A stretch of 64,000 bases of DNA. It comes from Gammaproteobacteria bacterium (lineage in GTDB: Bacteria > Pseudomonadota > Gammaproteobacteria > UBA4575). Shown one piece after another: positions 1-10,169 of this stretch. Numbering within the stretch: position 1 is the first letter of the stretch; each line of letters opens with the position of its first letter. The position numbers and the translations under genes were made by a program. A model generated the notes under the pieces. It ran no database searches and was not told where the DNA came from. It saw only the letters and a program-made list of their open reading frames with translations. The DNA is taken from contig CBDCUI010000008.1 of the NCBI GenBank assembly GCA_965222615.1, positions 384,001-448,000 on the forward strand, in the 5' to 3' direction.

Positions 1-95
1 CCACGATGAGCAATAGCTGTGAGCATTTGCTGTAACATTTTTTGTGCGTTATCGATTGTAGGGTTTTGCGAAAACCAACCTGTAATGCCACACAT
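1..95 (-). CDS. asnB: Asparagine synthase (glutamine-hydrolysing)-like amidotransferase, N-terminal fragment running off the window
   Basis: Manual translation of the minus strand from ATG at 95: MCGITGWFSQNPTIDNAQKMLQQMLTAIAHRG. This has the Ntn-amidotransferase MCGI start and HRG(PD) motif. Confidence 0.85.
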   Translation of the reverse strand, partial: MCGITGWFSQNPTIDNAQKMLQQMLTAIAHR

Positions 96-96
96 A

Positions 97-1173
97 TTAA
101 GAAGATAAATGAGTTAATTCAGACCTATAATTCTGTAGTGCTTCGGGGAACCGCTCTATGCAATTTGCTGTAAAAAGAGAGACATCAATTGTCTCGGTAA
201 GCAATTGATCTGCAGAATTTTGCCAGTACTGTGGTGAATTTGTTAAAAGGGTTTTTATTGCGCATTCTAGATTATTCCAATGTAGTCGTTTTACATTTTT
301 AACTAATCCATAGCGGGATTCTAGCTCATCAGTATAACCACGACCTGTTGTCGCTGCGTAAATAGCTGGCACACCCATCACAGCTGATTCGGAAGCCATC
401 GTTGCGCTTTCGCCAATAAATAAACGACAAAACGCCATTAAATGATGTATCTCAGCTACTTTGCCATGATAACGTAGAGACTCGAACTCTGAAGGCAATG
501 TACCTTCAGCTGAAATAATTATTTTACCTTTCGGCGCTAGAAAATTAATTAGTGAGCGTAGTAATTCAGTAGTCCAACCTTGTTCACCTATATCATGATT
601 GGCCTGCCAAGAAACTAAACGGAATAAAAAAGTAGGTTTCGTATTAGATAAGCCATTTTTTTCAGCTAAGTTTCTATCTGCGGTAAAATAGTGAGGATGT
701 AAATAAGATAGCTCGTGATAACCTCGATAGCGAATATGTCGATTCTTAGGCAACCAAGCCGCGTAACATGAAGGAACGATTACACATGATGCAAAAGGGT
801 AGGTTATCGTGTTTTGTAATCCTGCATTTTCCGTATCATAAAAAACCAGAGATTTCGCACTATTAATAATTCCTACATGCGCTATAAATGTTCCACCAAT
901 GGCTGCCATAACGTCTGGTTTAAATTTATTTGCAATTTTCCATAGTGCAATATCTCGTTTGATAAGCTCAGATGCAAAACCTATTAAATTGCCTTTTTTA
1001 TTTAAACTTGATATTGGCTTATGGGTAATCTCAAGTTCATCAAGTAAATCCAATGCAATGTCTTTTTCTCTACTCGTGAATAGTATTGTATGACCACGAC
1101 CACGAAGTATCCTTGCGGGATTCTTAAAAAAATGAACGTGAGCTGGATGTGCTATATCGAATAGTATACGCAA
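97..1173 (-). CDS. DUF354-like protein (GT-B fold glycosyltransferase-like)
   Basis: MRILFDIAHPAHVHFFKN start, YRGYHELSYLHP and FIGESATMASESAVMGVPAIY motifs. Confidence 0.75.
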   Translation of the reverse strand: MRILFDIAHPAHVHFFKNPARILRGRGHTILFTSREKDIALDLLDELEITHKPISSLNKKGNLIGFASELIKRDIALWKIANKFKPDVMAAIGGTFIAHVGIINSAKSLVFYDTENAGLQNTITYPFASCVIVPSCYAAWLPKNRHIRYRGYHELSYLHPHYFTADRNLAEKNGLSNTKPTFLFRLVSWQANHDIGEQGWTTELLRSLINFLAPKGKIIISAEGTLPSEFESLRYHGKVAEIHHLMAFCRLFIGESATMASESAVMGVPAIYAATTGRGYTDELESRYGLVKNVKRLHWNNLECAIKTLLTNSPQYWQNSADQLLTETIDVSLFTANCIERFPEALQNYRSELTHLSS

Positions 1174-1185
1174 TGTAGTGACTCG

Positions 1186-2058
1186 CTAATCACGAGAGGA
1201 TTTATAAAGTAGCACTGTAATTTGTTCCGAGACTAGCCCTATCATAAATACAATCATAGATACTATGAATAAAAGAGCGCTCATGTTGGTAAATCTTCCT
1301 ATGCTCAGGTAAGTATACGCATAATATGCTAATCCAGTTATGAAGAGAAAAGCGCTGAATGGCGCGAATATTTTTAAAGGGGAATATAATGTCCCGATTT
1401 TGAAAATAATTATCAGAAATCTAAGCCCATCTTTAAATAAGCGCAAGTGACTTTTACCAGCTCTTTTATTGGATTCTATTGGTATATAGGTGACAGGGTA
1501 ACCGCTTCTAAAGAAAGCCATCGTAATGGTTGTGGGATAGGAAAATCCATTCGGTAATAAATGCAAGAAACTTTTAAATTTTTTTGTATTAACCGCCCTA
1601 AAACCTGAGGTTAAATCCTTTACATTTTTTCCAATGATTAAGCTGGAAATATAGTTATAGAATTGATTACCAAGCCATCTCCGTTTGCCTGCTTGTGATT
1701 TATAGCCTCTTGCACCTACCACCATTTCAAAGCCTTCATTCATCCTTTCAAGTAGTCTTTTAATATCACACGGGTTGTGTTGCCCATCTGCATCCATGGT
1801 TACAAGTATGTCGCCGGTTGCTGCTCGTGCTCCAGCTTTTATAGCAGCACCGTTTCCCATACTATAAGGATGTGAAATTAGTACTGCGTTATTGTTTTGA
1901 ACGATGTCTGCAGTGTTATCTGTTGAACCATCATCAATAACAATTATTTCTGCACTATGTAGCTCTTGTCGTAGTTTTTTTAACAGCAGACCAATCGATG
2001 ATGCTTCATTTTTTGCAGGTATTACTACACTTAATTTTATATTTTCGTCTAATGGCAA
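1186..2058 (-). CDS. Glycosyltransferase family 2 (DPM1/polyprenol-phosphate glycosyltransferase-like) with two C-terminal TM helices
   Basis: LSVVIPAKNE, IDDGSTD, MDADGQH (DxD) and DLTSGFRA motifs; hydrophobic C-terminus. Confidence 0.9.
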   Translation of the reverse strand: MPLDENIKLSVVIPAKNEASSIGLLLKKLRQELHSAEIIVIDDGSTDNTADIVQNNNAVLISHPYSMGNGAAIKAGARAATGDILVTMDADGQHNPCDIKRLLERMNEGFEMVVGARGYKSQAGKRRWLGNQFYNYISSLIIGKNVKDLTSGFRAVNTKKFKSFLHLLPNGFSYPTTITMAFFRSGYPVTYIPIESNKRAGKSHLRLFKDGLRFLIIIFKIGTLYSPLKIFAPFSAFLFITGLAYYAYTYLSIGRFTNMSALLFIVSMIVFMIGLVSEQITVLLYKSSRD

Positions 2059-2136
2059 TTTGTGTTATCCCTTGATCTGATTTTCTTATACTCATTTAAA
2101 AGTAAATAGATAGTTTATCTTGTAAATTATATAGTA

Positions 2137-4107
2137 CTATGTATTTTGTTCCGCTGTTGTATCAATACGAATTTTCCATGCATCAGCATTAGAAGTAAAC
2201 ATTCCAAATCTATCTTTTGCTCGAATTATCTCAAGTTCATCGAGAGCGTCTTGATATAATTTAGCAGTAGTAAGCCATCTTATTAACACAAAGCGGTAAT
2301 GAATATCTTTAGGCTGTTCTTCAATCGCAATTTTAGTCAGCTGAATAGCTGTATCTAAGTCGTTTAACACCGCAACGTAGTATTCAGACAAAAAAACTAA
2401 TAATAGTGCTAAATTATGTTTATCAATATCTTGGCGTAAAAGAGGGGCATACATTACACCCATAAAATCTTCCGTTGATAGCTTGCAAACCCTTTTAATG
2501 TGACAATGTGATAGCTTTCGAAGTGCTGTGACTGTGCTTGAATCAAGTTTTTTTTCCTGCAATGTAGATACGATTTTAGAATAATCTTCGCGTGGTAGTT
2601 CTTTGTCAAAAGAGCTATATAAAATAAGACGAGCGACATTGGCACTCGAGAAAAAAGGATCTAATTGTGCAGATTTCTTAAAGTGATAATCCGCTTTATG
2701 AAAAATATCATCAGCATCTAATCCATCTTTAGAGCTTACTATCCCAGCATGAAAACCGGCATAAATTCCTACATAGATACCAGCTAAGCTCACGTGTGCT
2801 CGGGCTGAATTGGGGTGATGCTCGACATCCGCAAGCGCTAAATTTAAAGGGTCACTCCATTGTTGTGCTCGGAGAAAAGTTGTATATGAGATTAAGGATA
2901 TCCAGATAACTAAACATATCGATATTACATACCGAATTTTTTCTCTTGATAGTAAGTATTGAAACAAAGAAATTAAGCAAATGAATATACCAAAAGAAGG
3001 TAGATAGTTTCGGTGTTCATAGGCAAGTTCTAGAGGCAAGATTGTAGACTCAAGTAAGTGTGCAGAAAAAAACCAAAATATTCCAAATGCGACGAGTAAA
3101 AATATTTTTCGTGAAATAAATCCTAATACTAAAATAAGCAATATCAACGCGATACTAATTAATGTGGTAAAAGGTTGAAATAGAGATTTCGATAGACTGA
3201 AATCATCTAAGAACAGACTCATTTCAGAAATGTTAGGAGCTATAATCATTTTTAAGTACCAAACCACTACTCTAGATTCAGTAAGCAGCCGTTCAGTCAG
3301 TGTAAAGCTCCTTCGATCAAATCTAACTTCAAGCCATTCTGGGTTAGCAATTAAAAATATGCCAATTGAAATAGCAATAATAATAAAACCTAGGGTGAAA
3401 CAGGTTTTTAGAATAGTTTGATCAGCTTTCCTAAAGGCTGAAAACTTAAATACAAAAATCTCAATTAAAGCCAAGTAGAAAACTAAATTAACAGCAGTTT
3501 CCTTAGTAAATACTGCAAGCAGGGTAAATATTCCTGTGCTTGATACAAGAGGGAACCAATAACTTTTGTGTTCAATTTGCTTTAATCGAAAATGTGCATA
3601 GCACAACATAGCTGAGACGCAAAAGAGTGCGGATAAACTAGTCATTCTCTGTACTACATAAAGAACTCCGGTTAAATTAATTGGGTGTAGTATCCAAATC
3701 CCGTAAATCAGAGCTGCAATTAAATTAACATTTGTTTTTGTTTCATTAGATCGATTAATATAGGTCAGTAATTTCTTGCTTAAGAAAAATAATAATATTC
3801 CAGCCAAGATGTGTATAACTAAGTTAGTAAGCTTCATTGCAACAGCGTTATTTCCGGTAAAAAACCAATTCACACTGAAACTAAAATACGATAATGGCCG
3901 CCCTAAGCGCCCGCTATTGCCTGACCAAGCGGCTTGCCAAAAATTACCAAGAGTAGGGTTTTCTACATGTAATAGAGTGTTATCTACGATATTGATATGA
4001 TCATCAAAATAAAAACCATCGGCTAGACCGGGGTAGTACACCGCTATAGTTAGAATTGAAAAGAAGGTGAGCAGAAAGAAATTGCTTTTTATTATCATCA
4101 TGTACAT
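2137..4107 (-). CDS. Multi-pass membrane GT-C (TMTC/TfpW-like) protein with C-terminal TPR-like region; probable pilin glycosyltransferase
   Basis: GFYFDD, RPLSYFSF, LHPINLTGVLYVVQR, TKETA and YEHRNYLPS motifs; about 11-12 hydrophobic segments; directly downstream of pilA. Confidence 0.7.
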   Translation of the reverse strand: MYMMIIKSNFFLLTFFSILTIAVYYPGLADGFYFDDHINIVDNTLLHVENPTLGNFWQAAWSGNSGRLGRPLSYFSFSVNWFFTGNNAVAMKLTNLVIHILAGILLFFLSKKLLTYINRSNETKTNVNLIAALIYGIWILHPINLTGVLYVVQRMTSLSALFCVSAMLCYAHFRLKQIEHKSYWFPLVSSTGIFTLLAVFTKETAVNLVFYLALIEIFVFKFSAFRKADQTILKTCFTLGFIIIAISIGIFLIANPEWLEVRFDRRSFTLTERLLTESRVVVWYLKMIIAPNISEMSLFLDDFSLSKSLFQPFTTLISIALILLILVLGFISRKIFLLVAFGIFWFFSAHLLESTILPLELAYEHRNYLPSFGIFICLISLFQYLLSREKIRYVISICLVIWISLISYTTFLRAQQWSDPLNLALADVEHHPNSARAHVSLAGIYVGIYAGFHAGIVSSKDGLDADDIFHKADYHFKKSAQLDPFFSSANVARLILYSSFDKELPREDYSKIVSTLQEKKLDSSTVTALRKLSHCHIKRVCKLSTEDFMGVMYAPLLRQDIDKHNLALLLVFLSEYYVAVLNDLDTAIQLTKIAIEEQPKDIHYRFVLIRWLTTAKLYQDALDELEIIRAKDRFGMFTSNADAWKIRIDTTAEQNT

Positions 4108-4126
4108 GAGGTTTAGTAATAGGAAT

Positions 4127-4160
4127 AAAAAAAGCGCCCTAATAAATTAGGGCGCTTTTT
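4127..4160. terminator. Rho-independent terminator downstream of pilA
   Basis: AAAAAAAGCGCCCTAAT-AA-ATTAGGGCGCTTTTT inverted repeat with A/T tails. Confidence 0.85.
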
Positions 4161-4200
4161 AAATTTCGAATTTCAATAAAAATTGAAATTCAAACTAGAT

Positions 4201-4656
4201 TTATACTCTGCAATCAGCAGGTAGGAATCTTGAAGGTATTGGCTGTGCAGCACCTGGTACGCAATCCCAATCTACATTTTGGCCTGGAGCACCAGAACCT
4301 TGCATATCAATGGTATCACTTGCTGCTACACCTCCGCCAATAGCAGTTGTGCTTGCAGCAACGGTAAGTACCGCACTGTTCGCGCTTGGCTTATTATAAG
4401 TAAGAACACTCACATACTTACTACCAACACGGGTGTTGAATCCTGCTGTAGCAGCAGTAGCTGGCATACTACCTTGAGAAATGAAAAACTCAGAAATAGA
4501 GGTTTTAGCAGGCGCCATTGCATTGACTACTTCAGTTACTTTTGCGCGAGTGGTGTAATCCTGGTATGCAGGAATAGCAATCGCAGCTAAGATACCGATG
4601 ATCGCTACCACAATCATTAATTCGATTAAGGTAAAACCTTTTTGCATTTTTTTCAT
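4201..4656 (-). CDS. pilA: Type IVa major pilin
   Basis: MKKMQKG|[27 protein letters not shown] class III signal; C-terminal disulfide loop (C...C); AGGAG SD before ATG at 4656. Confidence 0.97.
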   Translation of the reverse strand: MKKMQKGFTLIELMIVVAIIGILAAIAIPAYQDYTTRAKVTEVVNAMAPAKTSISEFFISQGSMPATAATAGFNTRVGSKYVSVLTYNKPSANSAVLTVAASTTAIGGGVAASDTIDMQGSGAPGQNVDWDCVPGAAQPIPSRFLPADCRV

Positions 4657-4799
4657 GGGGAATCTCCTATCCACATTTTAAAATTTAAGTTGAACGTTAA
4701 AAACCCAGCACTCCTTGCTGATAGAGTCTTTAACGACTCCAACTCCGGAAAAACTGGCGATTGCTACCACAAACAATGGAACAATCATGCTTATAGCTA

Positions 4800-4816
4800 T
4801 ACAGGTATCGTGCCAA
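4800..4816 (-). promoter_or_regulatory. Putative sigma-54 promoter of pilA
   Basis: Minus strand TTGGCACGATACCTGTA: strong -24 element (TGGCACG), imperfect -12 element (CTGT vs TTGC); next to pilR. Confidence 0.55.
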
Positions 4817-4932
4817 CAACCATTGAGTGTGATAACTTACGAGGAAACAGTATGTTCTATGCTATCTGTGATGTAATGTGCCACCAGATGAACGGTAAAT
4901 TGTGTCAACTAGCTGGTGTTCATGTTCAAGAC

Positions 4933-4947
4933 TGACAAATTTTGTCA
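4933..4947. promoter_or_regulatory. Putative PilR upstream activator site
   Basis: Palindrome TGACAAA-T-TTTGTCA about 120 bp upstream of the sigma-54-like motif; TGTC half-sites resemble described PilR sites. Confidence 0.5.
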
Positions 4948-4974
4948 TATTTTAATGCATGCGTTGAATTCTAT

Positions 4975-5004
4975 CTGGATTGCTTCACTGCGTTCGCAAT
5001 GACG
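4975..5004. repeat. REP-like palindromic element (half copy), family also at 11881
   Basis: CTGGATTGCTTCACTGCGTTCGCAATGACG vs CTGGATTGCTTCGTTTCACTCGCAATGACG at 11881. Confidence 0.7.
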
Positions 5005-5012
5005 AAGTTTTT

Positions 5013-6368
5013 TTACTCTAATTCTAGTTTTTGTAAACGATAACGTAGCTGGCGAAAAGTGATTCCAAGGAGTTTGGCTGCAGCAGTTTTATTCCAGCGG
5101 GTTTTTTCTAATGCAGCAATAATTGCTTTGCGTTCTTTTTGGATTAAATAATCTTCTAGCTGGTCCACTGAAAGAGTGATGGAGGATTCATCAGGATTGG
5201 GTTGTTCTGATTCAGCGATTGGCTTAGATTCTGGTAGGTTTAAATCAGTTGCAGTGATTTCATTTCCTTCACAAAGTGTAGCAGCTCTTTCTAGTATATT
5301 TTCCAACTCACGTATGTTCCCTGGAAAGCTGTATTGTTGCAATTTTTCTATTGCGTCCGTTGAAATTTTGTAACTGTTCTCTTGGCTTTGCTTAGAAATT
5401 TTTGCCAACATAAAGTCTGCGAATATCGGTAGGTCGCTCATGCGTTCACGCAAAGGTGGAATAACTAATTCGATGACATTGATGCGATAATATAAATCTT
5501 GACGAAAACTGCCATTCTCTACTTCTTCTGCAAGATCTTTATGCGTGGCACTTAGTAAACGGATGTCTACAGGGATTTCTTTTTGTCCGCCAATCGGTTT
5601 AATGGCTTTTTCTTGTATGGCGCGTAATAGTTTTACCTGCATATGTATAGGGAGTTCAGCAATTTCATCTAAAAAGAGCGTGCCGCCATTTGCAGCTTGA
5701 AATAAGCCTTCTTTGTCGCTAACTGCACCTGTAAAGCTTCCTTTCATGTGGCCAAAGAATTCGCTTTCCATTAGTTCAGTCGGAATGGCGCCACAGTTTA
5801 CAGGTATGAAGTTTGCTGATGCACGAGGGCCCAGTTCATGAATTTGTTTAGCAACCAATTCTTTACCCACACCGGATTCACCTCTTAAGTAAACGGGCGC
5901 TTGACTACGCGCTAATTTTTCAATTTTTTCGCGTAACGACTGCATCGCTTCCGATTCACCCAAAAGCTTCTGCTGTTGTGTTGTATGGGGTTGGTCGATG
6001 GGAGTACTAGCTACTTTTAAAGCGCTATCGACTAATCCGCGAAGCAAATTGAGATCGATTGGTTTCGATACAAAATCAAATGCGCCAGCTTTTAAAGCTT
6101 TAATTGCTGCTTCCATGCTGCCAAAGGCCGTGATCACGGCTACTGGGATATGTGGATATTGCGCTTGAATGTGCTCGACGAGCTCTATGCCATTACCATC
6201 GGGCAATTTCATGTCTGTAAGACATAAATCAAATTGCTCGTTGTTCAATAATGATTTTGCCTCACGTACATTTGCTGCGGCATGCGAGTCCAAGTTCATT
6301 CGGCTCAGTGTGATTTCTAACAGCTCTCGAATATCAGGCTCGTCGTCGACGACTAAAACATTTTTCAA
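5013..6368 (-). CDS. pilR: Sigma-54-dependent response regulator PilR
   Basis: REC domain, GESGVGKE Walker A, GSFTGA loop, C-terminal HTH (LLGITFRQLRYRLQKL); between pilS and pilA. Confidence 0.93.
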   Translation of the reverse strand: MKNVLVVDDEPDIRELLEITLSRMNLDSHAAANVREAKSLLNNEQFDLCLTDMKLPDGNGIELVEHIQAQYPHIPVAVITAFGSMEAAIKALKAGAFDFVSKPIDLNLLRGLVDSALKVASTPIDQPHTTQQQKLLGESEAMQSLREKIEKLARSQAPVYLRGESGVGKELVAKQIHELGPRASANFIPVNCGAIPTELMESEFFGHMKGSFTGAVSDKEGLFQAANGGTLFLDEIAELPIHMQVKLLRAIQEKAIKPIGGQKEIPVDIRLLSATHKDLAEEVENGSFRQDLYYRINVIELVIPPLRERMSDLPIFADFMLAKISKQSQENSYKISTDAIEKLQQYSFPGNIRELENILERAATLCEGNEITATDLNLPESKPIAESEQPNPDESSITLSVDQLEDYLIQKERKAIIAALEKTRWNKTAAAKLLGITFRQLRYRLQKLELE

Positions 6369-7993
6369 GACTTTGACTCCCCAAAATCTGCTGGTGAAGA
6401 AAATTCAATTCTGAAGCAGCTACTGCTGTCAGGAGTATTAATATAGCGTAAATCTCCTCCATTGTTCTTGCATAATTCGCGTGAAAGGTATAGTCCTAGC
6501 CCTGTTCCTGTCTCACTGGTAGTAAAAAAAGGTTCAAATAGCTGAGATCGATGTTCTTCACTTATACCGGGACCGGCGTCGATGACATCTAGATGTCCTG
6601 AGTCATCAGTTTTATCGATTTTTGCAATTAAGCTTACTTTGGCATTGGGATTTTCTAACGCACCATATTTCTTGGCATTTTTGCATAAATTCCATAGTAC
6701 TTGGTGTAAGTGGCTGGGATCCATCGATACGTATGCATCTTGTGGTGAGATATTTACTGAAACCCAGTTTTGAGATAGATCGTTGGTGCGAGTAAATTCT
6801 TCGATAAACTTTGTCAACCAGGCGCGCAAGACTATTTTTTCGGGTTTGGCACTGTCTCGGCGTGAAAGTCGTAATACATTATTGATAATGTTATTTAATC
6901 GTATGGATTGATCTTGAATGATGGTAGCTAAACGTTTGTCGGCTTTATTTAGATCATTAGATTCATCTAGTAATTGTGCGGCATGGCTGATTGCGCCTAA
7001 TGGGTTACGTATTTCATGTGCAATACTTGCGGTGAGGCGGCCTAGAGATGCTAATTTACTTTCTTGCACTTGGCGTTCAATTTCAGTGTTATCACTTAAA
7101 TAAATTACCGATCCTTTGTCGTGTTTTCTTGAGCCAATGGGTGTAATACGTATTTGCAAGTCAGCCTTATTTACACGTTTGAGTTTATTAAGATGACTTC
7201 TGTACTCAGGATTGTTGCTGGCTTTATTCCAGGTTTTAAAGATGTCGAATAAAGGGACCGAGACATCTAATAGCTTTGTCTGTTCGCCAATTTCAGGTTG
7301 ATCCAATAATTTCCAAGCCGCATGATTAATCATTCGTATTGAACTATCGTCATCAATCACCATAATTCCTGAGTCCATTCTATTAATAAGGTGTTCGTTT
7401 AATTTCGCCAGGTTGGCAAGGTCAATGCCACGTTGTGCAGCAAGCTTTGCGCTTTCTGAAGCGCGTTTTGCCATGGTAATGGCAAGTAGTGCAGTGGCAA
7501 ATAAGGCAGCACCAAGTAATCCAGCCTGTGTATAGTAAGTTTTCTCGAATATACCTTGTATATTTGAATAGGTTTCATGTAACAAAATAGCTAAAGTAGC
7601 GAGTGCAGCAAATAACAATGCAGATCTGCCTGGCAATAAAAGACTGCCTCCTGCCACCACTGCAATCATCAAGGTGCCAAAGCCAGTGGAAACGCCACCA
7701 AATAAATGCATCACCAAAGTAATCGCAGCAATATCGAAAATTATAGAAAAGTAAACTTGAAGCCGATAAGGGATCCATCTAAAGTAGGTGCAAATCAGAA
7801 TAGTCACGGAAACCAGCACATAAACTAAACAGATCCATTGCAGCGCGACTGGATTTAAAGAAGTCAGAAAGGATACTTTGTTGGCTAATAGACTTAAGCC
7901 TAAAAATATTGTCGCAACTAATATTCGGTAAAGGCTAAATAACCGTAATGCAGGCCATTGTTGGTTGGTATCGTCTTCTAAAAACCTGCTCAT
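6365..7993 (-). CDS. pilS: Sensor histidine kinase PilS
   Basis: 6-TM N-terminus, PAS-like region, LASLGRLTASIAHEIRNPL H-box, FEPFFTT and GTGLGL; overlaps the pilR start. Confidence 0.92.
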   Translation of the reverse strand: MSRFLEDDTNQQWPALRLFSLYRILVATIFLGLSLLANKVSFLTSLNPVALQWICLVYVLVSVTILICTYFRWIPYRLQVYFSIIFDIAAITLVMHLFGGVSTGFGTLMIAVVAGGSLLLPGRSALLFAALATLAILLHETYSNIQGIFEKTYYTQAGLLGAALFATALLAITMAKRASESAKLAAQRGIDLANLAKLNEHLINRMDSGIMVIDDDSSIRMINHAAWKLLDQPEIGEQTKLLDVSVPLFDIFKTWNKASNNPEYRSHLNKLKRVNKADLQIRITPIGSRKHDKGSVIYLSDNTEIERQVQESKLASLGRLTASIAHEIRNPLGAISHAAQLLDESNDLNKADKRLATIIQDQSIRLNNIINNVLRLSRRDSAKPEKIVLRAWLTKFIEEFTRTNDLSQNWVSVNISPQDAYVSMDPSHLHQVLWNLCKNAKKYGALENPNAKVSLIAKIDKTDDSGHLDVIDAGPGISEEHRSQLFEPFFTTSETGTGLGLYLSRELCKNNGGDLRYINTPDSSSCFRIEFSSPADFGESKS

Positions 7994-8099
7994 GTGTAAT
8001 AGGAAAAGCCTAAAATGAAGCCGTCACGATAAGTCATAGCAAGATAGCATACCCTAGTTTAAATCGTATAATGCAGCAACTTATCTGATACATGACCAC

Positions 8100-9263
8100 A
8101 TGAACATACACGAATACCAAGCCAAAGCACTATTTGCGAAATACGAAATTCCAGTTCTAGCATCACAAGTAATTCAATTGGGAGAGGATGTTGAGTCAAT
8201 TTGCCAAGGGATAGACAATCGAGCTTGGATCGTAAAGGCACAGGTACACGCGGGTGGTAGAGGTAAGGCTGGTGGGATTAAGAAAGTTGACGACCCCAGT
8301 CAGTTGGCTTCAGTGGTTAGCAAGATGTTGGGTACAAAGTTAGTCACCAAGCAAACGGGTGAAGAAGGTTTGCCCATTAATACGGTATTGCTCGAAGAAA
8401 TCGTGAAAATTGAGCGAGAGATTTATCTGGCATTATTAGTTGATCGCGATTCTAAAAAAGTCGCAATTATTGCCTCAGCAGAAGGTGGCATGGATATTGA
8501 GCAAGTGGCGCAGCAATCACCTGAAAAAATTATTACTCAATATATTCATCCGGCTGCAGGGATTCAACCTAATCAAATTAGAAACATTGCCTATGCGTTG
8601 CAATTGAGTAAAGAGCAACACAAACAACTACAGGATATTATAGTCAAGCTATACAGCTTATTTTTAACTAATGATTGTAGTTTGGTGGAGATTAATCCTT
8701 TAATCGTTGATGAAAATAATAATCTTGTAGCCCTAGACGCTAAAATTAATTTTGATGACAATGCACTTTACCGCCAAAAAGAAATTGAACAATATCGTGA
8801 TGTTTCTCAAGAAAAAAAATCTGAGGCAGATGCCAAAGAACTAGGACTTAACTATGTAAAGCTGGATGGTAATATCGGTTGTATTGTCAATGGCGCGGGC
8901 TTGGCGATGGCGACCATGGACTTAGTTAAACATCATGGGGGCGAGCCGGCTAACTTTTTAGATGTAGGGGGTGGGACCACACAAGGTAAAGTTTCACAAG
9001 CATTTAATTTAGTGCTCAGTGATCAGAATGTTAAGTCAATCTTTGTAAATATATTTGGTGGAATTGTGCGTTGCGATTTAATTGCGCAAGGCATACTCGA
9101 TGCAATTAAACAGGTAGATTTACAAACTCCTGTAACTATATTGTTGCAAGGCACTAATGCAGAAGAGGGTAAGGCATTATTAGAAAACCAATCTTCAAAA
9201 ATTTTTCCTGTAAGTACACTAACTGAAGGTGCACAGCAAGCCATCAAATTAGCAAGTGCATAA
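8100..9263 (+). CDS. sucC: Succinyl-CoA synthetase beta subunit
   Basis: MNIHEYQAK, VKAQVHAGGRGKAGG and NGAGLAMATMD motifs. Confidence 0.97.
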   Translation: MNIHEYQAKALFAKYEIPVLASQVIQLGEDVESICQGIDNRAWIVKAQVHAGGRGKAGGIKKVDDPSQLASVVSKMLGTKLVTKQTGEEGLPINTVLLEEIVKIEREIYLALLVDRDSKKVAIIASAEGGMDIEQVAQQSPEKIITQYIHPAAGIQPNQIRNIAYALQLSKEQHKQLQDIIVKLYSLFLTNDCSLVEINPLIVDENNNLVALDAKINFDDNALYRQKEIEQYRDVSQEKKSEADAKELGLNYVKLDGNIGCIVNGAGLAMATMDLVKHHGGEPANFLDVGGGTTQGKVSQAFNLVLSDQNVKSIFVNIFGGIVRCDLIAQGILDAIKQVDLQTPVTILLQGTNAEEGKALLENQSSKIFPVSTLTEGAQQAIKLASA

Positions 9264-9278
9264 CATTAATTAAAATAA

Positions 9279-10154
9279 ATGAGCATTCTGATCAATAAAG
9301 ATACGCAAGTATTGTGTCAAGGTTTAACTGGTACACAAGGCACATTTCATACTGAACAGGCGATTGCCTATGGTACGAGTATGGTTGCCGGAGTTACTCC
9401 TGGTCGGGGCGGGTCAACACATTTAGATCTCCCTGTTTATGACACCATCGATCAAGCATTACGGCAACATGACATCGATGCCAGTGTTATCTATGTGCCT
9501 GCACCGTTTGCCGCAGATGCTATTCTGGAAGCTATCTATGCAGAAATTAAATTAATCGTCTGCATCACAGAGGGTGTTCCCGTTTTAGACATGATAAAGG
9601 TCAATGCAGTTTTGCAAGACAGTGATTCTCTTTTAGTTGGACCTAATTGCCCAGGAGTAATCACACCTGACGAATGCAAGATTGGCATCATGCCGGGTGA
9701 CATCCACCGTGCCGGCAGTGTAGGAATCGTGTCAAGATCCGGGACCTTAACCTATGTGGCAGTGAATCAAACTACTCAGCATGGATTGGGTCAGACAACC
9801 TGTGTAGGAATTGGTGGAGATCCCATTCACGGTTTGGACTTTATAGATTGCTTGCAGTTATTTGAAGACGATGCAGCAACCCAAGGTATTATTATGGTGG
9901 GCGAAATTGGTGGTACCGCCGAAGAAGAAGCGGCAGAGTTTATTCAAGAAAAAGTCACTAAGCCGGTCGTTGGCTATATTGCTGGAGTTACGGCTCCACC
10001 AGGTAAGCGCATGGGACACGCAGGTGCGATTATTAGTGGTGGGAAGGGCACTGCAGAACAAAAGTTTAAGGCGCTGGAAAAAGCTGGAGTATCTACCGTA
10101 CACACCCCTGCAGACATTGGTATACAAATAAGTAAGCTTCTTGAAGCCATATAG
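9279..10154 (+). CDS. sucD: Succinyl-CoA synthetase alpha subunit
   Basis: GPNCPG, GIGGD, GEIGG and RMGHAGA (phospho-His) motifs. Confidence 0.97.
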   Translation: MSILINKDTQVLCQGLTGTQGTFHTEQAIAYGTSMVAGVTPGRGGSTHLDLPVYDTIDQALRQHDIDASVIYVPAPFAADAILEAIYAEIKLIVCITEGVPVLDMIKVNAVLQDSDSLLVGPNCPGVITPDECKIGIMPGDIHRAGSVGIVSRSGTLTYVAVNQTTQHGLGQTTCVGIGGDPIHGLDFIDCLQLFEDDAATQGIIMVGEIGGTAEEEAAEFIQEKVTKPVVGYIAGVTAPPGKRMGHAGAIISGGKGTAEQKFKALEKAGVSTVHTPADIGIQISKLLEAI

Positions 10155-10169
10155 AACCAATAGTTTCTA

